The notes beneath the pieces are model-generated. The model made no database searches. It was not told where the DNA came from and was given only the letters and a program-made list of their open reading frames with translations. This document shows, in pieces, positions 25,906-36,700 of a DNA stretch of 40,042 bases. Origin of the DNA: Candidatus Eiseniibacteriota bacterium (lineage in GTDB: Bacteria > Eisenbacteria > RBG-16-71-46 > CAZEPH01); NCBI GenBank assembly GCA_044229145.1, contig JBGATO010000007.1, positions 41,584 to 81,625 of the forward strand, written 5' to 3'. Numbering within the stretch: the first letter of the stretch is position 1; each line of letters begins with the position of its first letter. Made by a program: the position numbers and the translations under genes.

Positions 25906-27990
25906 TTACCCGACCCGCTCCTTTTCACGCTCCGCCTGGTGCGCGGCGATGATCTTGTCGGCGATCTCGCGCGGCACTTCGTCGTAGTGTGAGAACTTCG
26001 TGCTGTACTTGGCGCGGCCCTGCGTGAGCGCACGGAGGTGCGTCGAGTACTTGAACAACTCGGCCTGCGGCACGTGGGCCTTGATGCGCTGCCACTTGCC
26101 GTCCGACTCCATGCCCAGCACCTTGCCGCGCTTGGTCGACACGTCGCCCATCACGTCGCCCATGTACTCGTCCGGGACGACGATCTCGGCCTCGACCACC
26201 GGCTCGAGGATGACCGGCTTGGCTTCCTGGAATCCGAGCTTGAAGGCCTGCGATCCGGCGATCTTGAACGCCATTTCCGACGAGTCCACCGGGTGGTCCT
26301 TCCCGAAGAACAGGGCCACGGTGACGTCGACCACAGGATACCCGGCCATGACGCCTTCCGCCATGGCTTCCCGCACGCCCTTTTCGACCGCCGGAATGAA
26401 TTGGCGGGGGACCACTCCGCCGACGACCTCGTCGAGGAAGCTGAACCCGGCGCCGCGCGCCCCCGGCTCGAGCCGCAAATGCGCCTCGGCGAACTGGCCG
26501 CGGCCGCCCGACTGCTTCTTGTGCCGGTATTCCTTCTGTACCTTGGCCCGGATCGTCTCGCGGTACGGCACCTTCGGCTGCACGAGGTCGACCTCGACGT
26601 GGCTGCGGCGGCGCAGGCGCTTGACCGCGACCTCGATCTGGGTTTCGCCGACGCCGAACAGGAGCGTCTGGTGCATGTCGTCGATCTTGACCTGGAGCGT
26701 CGGGTCTTCCTCGGTGAGCTTGTGGAGGCCCGAGCCGACCTTCTCTTCGTCGTCCTTCGAGTGCGGCTTCACCGACAGGCAGAGCATCGGCTCCGGGTAC
26801 AACGTCGCCGGCAGGATGATCGGCAGATCCTTGGTGCAGAGCGTGTGGCCGGTGTGCGTGGTCTTGAGCTTCACCGCGGCGCCGATGTCGCCGGTCGGGA
26901 TCTTGCCGCACTCATGGCGGTCCTTGCCGATCAGGTTGTACAGCGCGCCCATGCGCTCCGAGGTCTCGGCGTTGGCGTTCCACACATCCGAGCCGGTTTC
27001 GAGTGCGCCGGAATAGCAGCGCAGGAGCAGCATGTCGCCCATGTGGGCTTCCGACACCGTCTTGAAGGCGAAGGCGCACAGGGCTTCCGAGGGCAGGCGC
27101 TGCTTCTCGACGTCGGAGTTCGGAGCGTGGCCCACCGGCGGACGCGCCTCGAGCGGACTCGGGCCCGCCAGGATCAGCGAGTCGAGGATCTCGGTGGTGC
27201 CCTGCACGCGTCCGGCGCTCACCGGGATCACCGGGATCAGCCCTCCGGTCACGACCGCGGCACGCAGGCCCTTCACCATCTCCTGCTCGCTGAGTTCTTC
27301 GCCGCCGAGATACTTGTCCATCAAGGCTTCGTCCGTCTCGGCGATGGCGTCCATCAGGCGGCTGCGCGCGGCATCCAGCACGTCGGTCATGTCGGCCGGC
27401 AGATCGCACGCGGTGATCGCGCCGTTGCCCTGCGACAAGGTGAACGCCTTGCGGGTGAGCACGTCCACGGCGCCCTTGAAGCCTTCGCCCTCTCCGATCG
27501 GGAGCCACAGCGCGGCGCAGCGCGGCGAAATGCGCTCGATCGCCTGATCCAACGCCTGCTGGAAGTTGGCGTGCTCCTTGTCCATCATCGTCACGGCGAT
27601 CATCGCGGGGATGCCGCGCTTGGTGACGTGTCCCCACACGATCTCGGTGCCGACTTCGACGCCGGCCGGGCCGCGCACGACCAGGATCGCGGAGTCGGCG
27701 GCGCGCAGACCGGCCGCGACATCGCCCGCGAAGTCCAGATAGCCGGGCGTGTCGATCATGTTGATCTTGCAGTTCTTGTACTCGAACTGCGCGAGCCCGA
27801 GGCTGATGGTGATCTTGCGCTCGATTTCGTCGGTGTCGTGGTCGAGCGTCGACGTCCCGTCATCCACCTTCCCGAGCCGTGATGTCGCCTTCGCCGTCCA
27901 CAGAATCGCCTCCGCCAGTGACGTCTTCCCCGCGCCACCATGTCCGACGAGGGCCACATTGCGAATGGATGCGGGGGCGAATTCCTTCAC
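25906..27990 (-). CDS. Elongation factor G paralog (EF-G II type)
   Basis: 694 aa with full EF-G architecture (PYRETI, KKQSGGRGQF, HPVDSSEMAF). Divergent G motifs: GHGGAGKT, RKITI, DTPGY, TMMD. Not in an rpsL-rpsG-tuf context. Confidence 0.93.
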   Translation of the reverse strand: MKEFAPASIRNVALVGHGGAGKTSLAEAILWTAKATSRLGKVDDGTSTLDHDTDEIERKITISLGLAQFEYKNCKINMIDTPGYLDFAGDVAAGLRAADSAILVVRGPAGVEVGTEIVWGHVTKRGIPAMIAVTMMDKEHANFQQALDQAIERISPRCAALWLPIGEGEGFKGAVDVLTRKAFTLSQGNGAITACDLPADMTDVLDAARSRLMDAIAETDEALMDKYLGGEELSEQEMVKGLRAAVVTGGLIPVIPVSAGRVQGTTEILDSLILAGPSPLEARPPVGHAPNSDVEKQRLPSEALCAFAFKTVSEAHMGDMLLLRCYSGALETGSDVWNANAETSERMGALYNLIGKDRHECGKIPTGDIGAAVKLKTTHTGHTLCTKDLPIILPATLYPEPMLCLSVKPHSKDDEEKVGSGLHKLTEEDPTLQVKIDDMHQTLLFGVGETQIEVAVKRLRRRSHVEVDLVQPKVPYRETIRAKVQKEYRHKKQSGGRGQFAEAHLRLEPGARGAGFSFLDEVVGGVVPRQFIPAVEKGVREAMAEGVMAGYPVVDVTVALFFGKDHPVDSSEMAFKIAGSQAFKLGFQEAKPVILEPVVEAEIVVPDEYMGDVMGDVSTKRGKVLGMESDGKWQRIKAHVPQAELFKYSTHLRALTQGRAKYSTKFSHYDEVPREIADKIIAAHQAEREKERVG

Positions 27991-28066
27991 GGCAACCTCC
28001 TTGATTCTCGAGGTGGCAAGGTCGTGGATGACACCGCGTCTCCCCGTCTGGGAGGGCGGAAAGCCG

Positions 28067-28096
28067 AATCTAGCACCGGCGAAAAACGAGCGTCAA
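28067..28096 (-). promoter_or_regulatory. Candidate sigma70 promoter for the EF-G II/yebC/ruv string
   Basis: Minus strand TTGACG-N18-TAGATT with an extended -10 TG (TGcTAGATT), ~77 nt before ATG 27990. Confidence 0.55.
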
Positions 28097-28340
28097 TTCA
28101 GCCGCCCGTCTCTGCACCCAACGTATCATTCCGGAGGAGCCGGGAGGTCCGCGCCGGGCACTAGTCTCTGAGACACGATTCTCCCTCCGTCGCCTGTAAA
28201 ATCCTCAGAAAGGGGGACGTCGGGGTTGACTTTCAGCGGATGCGACCGCGATGATGAGGCGTCAGGGGTATTCACCCCTCTGCCAAACCACCTCGTTGTG
28301 CGAATCACGATCCCGCTTACCTACTCTTGAGGAGATTCCC

Positions 28341-28949
28341 ATGAGGACCACGCACCTTCGGACTCTCGTGCTTTCCGCCCTCGGTCTCAGCCTCGCCGCG
28401 GCGGCTTTCGCTGCTGCGCCGAAGCCGAGCATCTCGGGCGCTGGCCCGGCTGGCGCTTTCGGCATGGCTCCGCTGCAGCGCTGCGGCGGCACGATCGGTA
28501 ACGGGCTTGCCGCGTACGGCGACGGTCCGTGGACCGCGTGCCAGAGCTTCGTCGCGGACGGCTCGGGCGTGAACACGATCTCGGTCCAGGGCCTCTCGGC
28601 CAACGGCTTCACCAGCATCACGCTGGTCGCCAACATCTACACCGACAACGGTCTCGGCTTCCCGGGCACGTTGCTCGCCAGCAGCACCCCGACGACCGTG
28701 TCGGGTCTGCCGAACTACCCGGCCGTCAAGCGCGCGTCTGTCGCGTTCCCGTCGGGCGCCAGCCTGACCGCGGGTAGCAGCTACGTGATCGAGTGGACCG
28801 GTGTCGTGGGTTCGGGTGCGTGCTTCGTGCTCGGCTCGGCGAACGACGTCTGCGCCGACGGTGCGGCTGGCCAGGACATCGGCAGCGGCTACTACACCTA
28901 CATCGGTAGCGCCGGCACCTCGATCGACCTGTTCCACGGCGTCAAGTGA
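28341..28949 (+). CDS. Secreted beta-sandwich protein (choice-of-anchor-R-like), 202 aa
   Basis: GAGGAG-N6-ATG; signal peptide ending AFA; QSFV...IYTDNGLGFPGTLLAS...LTAGSSYVI pattern (family call by eye); four Cys. Confidence 0.7.
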   Translation: MRTTHLRTLVLSALGLSLAAAAFAAAPKPSISGAGPAGAFGMAPLQRCGGTIGNGLAAYGDGPWTACQSFVADGSGVNTISVQGLSANGFTSITLVANIYTDNGLGFPGTLLASSTPTTVSGLPNYPAVKRASVAFPSGASLTAGSSYVIEWTGVVGSGACFVLGSANDVCADGAAGQDIGSGYYTYIGSAGTSIDLFHGVK

Positions 28950-28977
28950 TCGACTAGCCTGATCGGCTGATTCACGG

Positions 28978-29007
28978 AAGCCCGCGCGGCCTCGGCTGCG
29001 CGGGCTT
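28978..29007. terminator. Probable intrinsic terminator between convergent genes
   Basis: AAGCCCGCGCGGC-ctcg-GCTGCGCGGGCTT, a 13-bp stem with one G-U pair on the plus strand, ending in a short T run. Confidence 0.7.
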
Positions 29008-29036
29008 TCGCTTGCCCTGAATCTGCTCGACGGCGA

Positions 29037-29969
29037 CTAGCGCGCAGCGGCGATGACCTTGAACGGCGCGCGATACGTGGGGGACGTCGCCGAGGCTTCG
29101 CGCAGCGAAAACTCGTAGTTGCCCGGCAGGAGTGCTTCCGCCGGCACGAGGACACTCACCACCTGGTTGACCGGATCCCAAATCTCCCGCGCCGAGCAGC
29201 GGTGGGTCCAGCCGCCGCGTCCGCCGCGCAACGGCGTCACCGTCAAGACGACGGTGCGATCCAGCCCGCCGCCGTGGCGGAGGTCGAAGCCCGCGAGGAT
29301 GGGTTGGACCGAGGCGCCGGGACGGACAGCGAGCCGCGGCGTTTCCGCAATGGCGTCGCGCGTCGTCCCCGCCAACACGAGAACGTTGATGCCTCCGCCG
29401 GCGGGCGTGTCCTGGCCGGGCACCGCGCGGACCTGTTCGAGTTGCCGCGCGAGGTTGTCGCCGCGGGCCCGGGCCTCGTCGCGCTCGGCTAGGAGTCGCG
29501 CCTGGTTCTGGCGCAGCGTCGGCATGAGGGAGGCACTGCGATACACCGGCACCGCCAGCACGATCGCGGCGACCGTGGCCACCATGGCGGCCGCTCGCCA
29601 CGGCGCGGCGCCCGCTTCCCGCCACCGCTGGCGCCATTCCTCCCACCAGGGGATCCGCCCGGCGGAGCGCGCCTGGAGCGTCAGCTCGCTCTCGCGGGCG
29701 CAGGTCGGGCAGGCGTCGAGATGTGCGGCGATGTCGGGCGAGGCCTCGAGCCCGAGCGCGACGCGCACCAGCGCGTCCGGCTCCGGGTGGCTGAAGAACA
29801 TGCCCGGTCCCGCGGTCACTGCCTCCTCGCGGACGAGATGGGCGACCGCCACGAAGTCGGTGCACGCCGGACACTCGTCGACGTGCGCTTGCACGTCGGC
29901 CCGTTCGGTCTCGGGCAATCTCCCGCGTGCGAAATCGGTCAGCATGCGGGTGGCGGTTCGGTGATCCAC
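29037..29969 (-). CDS. Membrane-anchored zf-HC2 (ZAS) anti-sigma factor candidate with two zinc-finger motifs, 310 aa
   Basis: GTG 29969 after GGAGGAG. HVDECPAC and HLDACPTC (Hx3Cx2C), TM AAAMVATVAAIVLAVPVY, coiled coil, C-terminal beta domain (LLPGNYEFSL). Divergent from an ECF sigma. Confidence 0.82.
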   Translation of the reverse strand: MDHRTATRMLTDFARGRLPETERADVQAHVDECPACTDFVAVAHLVREEAVTAGPGMFFSHPEPDALVRVALGLEASPDIAAHLDACPTCARESELTLQARSAGRIPWWEEWRQRWREAGAAPWRAAAMVATVAAIVLAVPVYRSASLMPTLRQNQARLLAERDEARARGDNLARQLEQVRAVPGQDTPAGGGINVLVLAGTTRDAIAETPRLAVRPGASVQPILAGFDLRHGGGLDRTVVLTVTPLRGGRGGWTHRCSAREIWDPVNQVVSVLVPAEALLPGNYEFSLREASATSPTYRAPFKVIAAAR

Positions 29970-30161
29970 TGACGCTCCTCCTCCCATCTGGGGGATGCCG
30001 CAGGACAGTACGCTGAGCGCGAGCGGCCTCGCAAGCTGCGACGAGTCGCCGTCTCCCACCCTCTCTGTCGCACCAGGCCGCGCCGCGTTGGCCGACGCGG
30101 TGGACCCATCTCGGCAGTTGGTGTAGCGTGACGCCGCCTTCCTGGAGGACCGTCCGTTCGC

Positions 30162-30761
30162 ATGACCCACACCCTCGACAGCGGCGATCGCGACACGCTG
30201 CTCCAGCGCTTCTTGCGCGGGGAGCAGCCCGCGCACGCACAAGTACGGCGCTGGGCGTGGGAAATCGTCTACTTCAAGCCGTACCACATCCCGCGCGACG
30301 AACACGACGACATCGTGCAGCAGGCGGTGGTGCACGTCTGGCGCGCCGTCTCGCGCGAAGGATTCGAGCTGCAGATCGACCTCCGCGCGCTGGTGCGCTC
30401 GGTCACCATGGCGCGCTGTGTCGACTGGATTCGCCGCCGCCGCCCGAGCGCCGAAGTCGACACCGAGATGCCCGATCTCGGCCCGTCCGCGTACGACCGC
30501 CTGCTCGAAAAGGACGAACGCGCACAGATTCGCTGGGCGGTGACCGAGCTGGACGAGGGCTGCCGCCGCGTCATCCGCCTGCACTTCTTCGAGGACCTTC
30601 CCTATGCCGAGATCGCCGAGCGCGAAGGCCGGGCCGAAGGCACCATGCGCTGGCGGGTTTTCCAGTGCCTCAAGCGGCTGCGCGAGGTGATCGGGCGCTG
30701 GCGGGGACAGGCTCCGGCCGGCGATGCCTCCGAGGCGCCGGACATCGACGATGAGGGGTAG
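30162..30761 (+). CDS. ECF-type RNA polymerase sigma factor
   Basis: 199 aa. Region 2: EHDDIVQQAVVHVW...RCVDWIRRRR. Region 4: LDEGCRRVIRLHFFEDLPYAEIAEREGRAEGTMRWRVFQCLKRLRE. GGAGG upstream. Confidence 0.9.
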   Translation: MTHTLDSGDRDTLLQRFLRGEQPAHAQVRRWAWEIVYFKPYHIPRDEHDDIVQQAVVHVWRAVSREGFELQIDLRALVRSVTMARCVDWIRRRRPSAEVDTEMPDLGPSAYDRLLEKDERAQIRWAVTELDEGCRRVIRLHFFEDLPYAEIAEREGRAEGTMRWRVFQCLKRLREVIGRWRGQAPAGDASEAPDIDDEG

Positions 30762-30762
30762 C

Positions 30763-33700
30763 ATGCGCCGCGCGGCGGCGGCGCTGGGACTCCTGCTCGC
30801 CGTGCTTGCCGTCCGGCCTGCCGCTGCCGCGCCGTGCCGCGAACTGGCCGACTCATGCCGCGCCGCGCTCGGCCTGCAAGCGTGGGCCCGCCTCGATTCC
30901 CTCGCCGACGCACTGTCGGCCTGCGCGATCCGTCCACCCGCCGATAGCGGGCTGTGGGCGCGTGCGGCCGCCTGGCGGGCGGAATCGCAGTGGCGCCGCG
31001 GAGGCGCGCCCGGGCCGCGCATCGCGCTGGCGCGCGCCGCGTGGGACTACGAGCGGCGCCGCGTGGGAGCGGGCGCGATCCCCGCCGACTATTCGGTGCT
31101 CTACGGGCTGTGCCTGCGGGAATCGGCGGAGGTCGTGCGCACCCCGGCCGCCCTCGACGCCGCGCGCGCCGCTCTGCGCCTGGGCCTCGCGCGGCAGGCC
31201 GAGCAACCCGCGCTCGACAGCACACGGTGGGGCGTCGCGCTCAATGCGCTCGGCAGTCTCGACATCCTGCTCCACGACTACGCCGCCGCGGAGAGTAGCC
31301 TTACCCACGCCTGGACGCTGCGCGAGGCGTTCGCCGGCCCGGCAGCGTCCTCCACCCTCGGCTCCCTCGAGAATTTGGCGGTCGTGCACGGCGAACGTGG
31401 CCAGTACTCCCGCGCCCGTGCCGAGTTCGATCGCGTGCTCGCCTTGCGGCCTTTGGTGACCTCCAACGACTCGATCGCCTACGCGCGCGTGCTGGCGAAC
31501 GACGCGGTGCAACTCGAGCATCTCGGCGATTACGACCGCGGCCTCGAACTCGCGGATCGCGCCACCCAGTTGCTGCGCTCGATGGCCCGGGTGGATACCG
31601 TGCGGTTGATTCGCGCCTTGAATGCCGCGGGAGCATTGCGCGTTGGAGCCGGCGATGGGCGTGCCGCGCGCCGCGATCTCCTCGACGCCCGCGCGCTGGC
31701 CGACGCCTCGACGCGAGCCCCGGCGAGCCTGCGCGCCACCATCCGCATGAACCTCGCGCGGGCGGCCGACGTGCTCGGCGATCTCGCGACGGCGCGCACC
31801 GCCGCCGACTCCGCCGTGGCCTTGTTCGACGCGCTCGACAACGCGCAGTTCGCCGCCGATGCCCGCGCGGTGCGCGCCGGCCTGCTCGTGGAGTCCGGGG
31901 ACGCGCCACGGGCGCGGGCCGATGCCGATTCCGCGCTCGCGTTGTACGACGCGGTGTACGGCCCCGGCGGACTGCCGCAGGCCGCGATCTTGCCGACGCG
32001 CGCCCGCGCGGCGTGGGAACAGGGCGACCTCGCCGGTGCCCTGCACGACGCGCTCGCCGCCGAGGCCATCGGCATCCGCAGCGTGCGCGAAACCGTTCGC
32101 GCGCTGCCCGAACGCGAGGGCTTGGCCTACGCGGAGGCGCGCTACAGCGGACTCGACCTCGCGCTCACCCTCGCCGCCGCCGGAGATCTCGGCGAAACCG
32201 GGCGACGGCAGGTGTGGGACGCCGTCGTGCGATCGCGCGGCGTGCTCCTCGACGAGCTCGCGGCGCGGCATCGCGCCGTGGTCGCCGAGGACGACTCGAC
32301 GAGCCGCCGCCTGGCGGCGATCGCGGCGGACGCGGCGCGCCGGCTCGCCACCGTGCAGCTGGAATCCACCGGCGAGCCGGACGCGGGAGAACAGGTGGCC
32401 GCGGCACGCCGCGCGCTCGCGGCAGCGGAGGAATCGCTGGCGGCCCGCAGCGCGTCGTTCCGCGCCTTGCGCGCCGAGCACACCGCGGGCCTCTCCGAGG
32501 TGCTCGCGGCGCTTCCGCAGCACACGGCGCTGGTCGCCTACGTGCGCGTCACGCCGGTTCCTCGTGCGCGCGCCACGGCGCCCGACCGCTACCTCGCCTT
32601 CGTCACAGCCGCGCGCGGCGAGTCGGTGTTGGTCGTCGATCTCGGAAACGCGAGCACGATCGACACGCTCGTGCAGCGGTGGGTGCAGGGGGTGTCGCAC
32701 TCCGGCAGTCCCGTGCCGTTGCTCGCGCGGCGCGCCGAAACGGCGGCACGCGGCACGGGGACGTCATTGCGGCGCGCGATCTGGGATCCGATCACGGCCC
32801 ACCTCGGATCGTCCACCGCGGCCTCGTCCCGGACGGCGTCCTGCACATGGTGAACTGGGGCGCGCTCCCCTCGGCAACCGGCGCCGGGCGATACCTGATC
32901 GAAGACGCACGCGCCTTCCACGTCCTTTCGACCGAACGCGCGGTGACGCGCTGGGCGGTGCCCGGGGGCGCCGGGGCCGGGCTTCTGGCGGTGGGCGCAC
33001 CGGCATTCGGCACGGCGCGGCGTCCCGCCGCATCGCAGTCGCGCGCCACCATGACGCGCGGCTGCGCCGATTTCGGCGGCGTACAGTTCACCCCGCTGCC
33101 GGGGTCCGCCGCCGAGGTCCACGAGCTCGCCGCCCGCTGGACCGCCGCGCGCGGCCCCGGCGCCACGATCCTCGAGGGACGTCACGCCACGGAAGCCGCG
33201 ATCACCGCGCAGGCGGAGGGACGCGAGATCGTGCACCTCGCCAGCCACGCATTCGCGATCGCGGGGCGCTGCTTTCCCGCTGCCGAACGCGCGCGGCTCC
33301 CGCACGGAGCCGCCATGGTGCGGCAGGCCGACGCGCTGCTGACGCTCTGCGGGCTGGCGTGCGCGGACGCCAACGCCGGCTTGCACGAGGGGTCCGGCGG
33401 TGCGGACGGCATCCTCACCGCCGGGGAGATCGCCCACCTCGATCTCGAGGGCGTGCGGTGGATGGTGCTCTCGGCCTGTCGTACCGGCGTCGGAACGCCA
33501 CTCGACGGCGAAGGTGTCTTCGGGCTGCGTCGTGGTGTGGAAATCGCGGGCGCGGGCACGCTGATCATGAGCTTGTGGTCGGTCGATGATGCCGCCACGC
33601 GCGAGTGGATGGAGGCGCTGTACATCGCACGCCTCGACGAGCAGCGTGACACCGTCGACGCGTGGCACACCGCCACCCGGCGCGTGCTGGCGTCACGCCG

Positions 33701-33767
33701 GGCGCGCGGAGCCGCCACGCACCCGGCCTTCTGGGGCGCGTTCGTCGCCGCCGGCGACTGGCACTAG
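30763..33767 (+). CDS. Signal-peptide TPR-CHAT (caspase HetF-associated, clan CD) protease, ~1000 aa, interrupted by a frameshift near 32815-32825
   Basis: The first frame (30763-32853) gives a signal peptide, TPR repeats and ...LRRAIWDPITAHLG. The second frame continues LVPDGVLHMVNWGALP...YLIE...PLPGSAAEV...ATEAA...IVHLASH...DGILTAGEIAHLDL...VLSACRTG...LIMSLWSVDD...HPAFWGAFVAAGDW. Confidence 0.85.
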
Positions 33768-33779
33768 CGCCGCGCGCCG

Positions 33780-36700
33780 TTAGCGCAGCAGCAGCAGTCG
33801 CCGCGCCCGCGTCACCCCCGGCGCCTCGCAATGCACGAAGAACACGCCGCGCGCGTACGGCCCGAGCTCGAGTTCGCGCGCGTACCGTCCCGCCGGTAAC
33901 ACCTCATCGACTACCCGACGCTGTAGGCGCCCCGCGGCGTCGAACAATTCGATCCGCACGCGCCCGCTTACCGGCACCGCGAAAATCGCCTCCGCGCGCC
34001 TGCTGTCGTCGCGCATGCGCACCTCGAATGACCCCGCCGTGGACGCCGAATGCTCCGGCGGCGACGCCGCGGTGACTGTGAGGCCCGCGAAGCAGTCCGT
34101 GGCACACGTCGAGAGCGCCCGCGCCGTCCACGCCGCGATATTTTCGTTCGTCGCACCGAGATCGCCGGTGATCCCGACCTGGCGCAATTGCTCGAGCGAC
34201 CACGCATCGGTCTGCGTGCGGAAGTGGAAGCCGCCGGTGGATGCGACGTTCTGCACGGCGCCGTACCAGGTGCCGCCGGCATTCGGGTAGCGGAAGTTCA
34301 CGGACGCCACGCCGGACGCTCCACTGCCCGTGTAGGCGCCGAGCAGATTGAAGCTGCGGCGGTCCGGACACCAGTTGGCCCGCAATCCGTAGTTGAGACC
34401 GGCCGTGCAGTCCGGCCCCAGTCCGATGAGCGAAACGCCCCATGCCGTCGACTTGTCGCGATACTGCGGTCCGACGTACGTGACGCCGAGGTCTTGGTTG
34501 AGGAAGGCGATGCGCGCGCCGGGCGCGTTGAGGAATCGCGCCGTACCGTCGCCGCTTGCCCACAGGTAGTGCGTGCTGGACGCCAGGCGCAACCAGCCGT
34601 CGAGGAGACCGACATCGTTGCCCGCCTCGGCGCCGCTCGCAGTCCCGCCAAAACTAAAGTTGGTGGCCGCGAGGTCGCCGGTGTTCCACAGGATGGTGTT
34701 GTAGACCTCCCGCAGCAGAGCCGGATGCGGACCCGACGCGTGATCCGCCGGCAAGTAGTTGGCGGTGTCGAACCGCGTGCCGAGCCCGTTGCCCATCTTG
34801 CTCGTCGGCGCCCGCACGTCGAAACGATCCCACGTGACGCCGAGATTGCGGAACGCGTTCTCGATCGCCGTCTGCGGACCGCGCTGGTCGGCATGGTCGA
34901 CGTAGAGGAAGCAATGCGCCGGCATGGCGGCCGCGCAGTTCGCGGCATTCGGCGTCGAGCCATCCATCGTGGTGAGCGGCAGCACGGCGAACTCCTCGAC
35001 GAAGGTCGCGGTCGGATCGTAGGTGCCGTTCTGCGACAGCCAGCGCTCGTTGCCCATCAGGTTACCCGCGCGGTCGCCGTCCAGATTTCCCCAGGCCGGA
35101 TCCGGATAGTAGGTGTCGGCTGCAGTGGCGGGGACGAACGTTGCGTGCACCACCCACTCGATATGCGTGCCGGGCGTGAACAGGTCGTCGGGGAAGATGG
35201 TGTGCGTGCCGTCCCCGCCGGTGTAGGCGCTCCAGTTGCCGAGACCCGCGTAGACCGTCCCGGACGCCGGCGGCGATTCGTGGAACACGCTCGCGAACGT
35301 CCCGCGCGGCGAGAACTTTCCGGCCAGCTGCTTGCCCTCGAGGACGGTGTCGGCACGCGCCACCGCGAATCCCGCATAGCGACCGGTCGCGATCTTCGGC
35401 TGCGACGTGTATGCCGCCCACCACGGGTGACTGGTGTTCAGGCACGGTCCGGGCGTGACCTTGAAGAGGTAATCGACCTCCACCGCGCGCGCGGGATCGC
35501 ACGACAACCCGACGTGGCACAGCGTGCTGTCGCCGAGGCGCGTCTTGGTGCGGTTGGGCGCAATGTTCAGCGCGGCGTCGACGCGCGCCGGAGTCGATTT
35601 CGCCAAGAGGAACGACGGCGCGTTCGGATAGCTGTCCTGCAGCATTTCGAAGGGAAGTAGCGTGAGCGACGGCCCGCTCGAGGCTACGTCACCCATCAGT
35701 GTGACGTTGTCGATGTACGGCGATTGATTGCCGCCCGGCGCGGTGGCGTACATCGGGTAGTTGATGACGCCGAGCGCGATCTGGATCTTGGTCGCGTGCC
35801 CCGGCACCACGGTGCTGAGATCGATCGCTTGCCGCGACAAACACGACGGGCTGGAGTCGTTGTAGAATTGCAGATTCTCGTCCAGCCACGGAGACCAACT
35901 CCCGGCGTCCAAGCACGCGCAGCTTCCCGCCTCCACAGGCGAGTACCGCACGTGCCACACGAAGTAGTTCCCCTGCGCCATCGGGAGATTGGCATAGACG
36001 TCGAAGGACAGTTGCAGCCACGACGTCAGCCCGGTGACGTCGACGACCGGCGACACGATTACGTCGTGCTGGCGATCCGCGTGGAAATTCGGCTCCGCGG
36101 AATCGTAGAACGTGACCACGTTTCCCGACAGGCCGCAGCACGTGGTCGAGCTCGAACACAGATCGTCGTTCGGAAGCCCCGCCAACGGCTGGACGGCCGC
36201 GAACGTGCCCACGCCGGCGACCCAGCCCGCCGTCCAGCCATTGAAGCCGGCGTCCCACGTCGTGAGGTCCCCGCCCACCCGTACGTCGTCGCTCTCGAAT
36301 AGGCCGTCGTGCGCGTCGTACCCGCAATCGCTGTCCGACACGGCCTCGTCGGTTTCCCCGTCGAAGATGATGGTGACGGTGGTGTTGGCGTAGCTGGCGA
36401 GATCGAACTTGGCCGTGCCCTGCACCGATCCCGAATAGGTGGCGAGGGTATCGCGCTGGCTCTCCGTTCCGGCAAACGAGTAGGATCCGCCGCCCTGGGG
36501 AATCGGCGCGCCGCCACGGCTCACGATGACGAACGTCTTGTCGAATCCCGCCTCGGAATCCGAGCGATACGCGAAGCTGAGCGAATCACCGATCCCAACG
36601 ATGAAGGTCTTGAAGTAGATTTGCCGGCCGTTGTTCGCGTAGCCAGGATAGCAAGCCGTACTCCCTGCACATCCCGCCCCGCCCAATCCACCCGTCCACG

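Noticed and set aside
29037..31022. 661-aa version of the anti-sigma ORF
   Set aside because: The upstream part overlaps the ECF sigma and CHAT genes antisense. A strong SD sits before GTG 29969.
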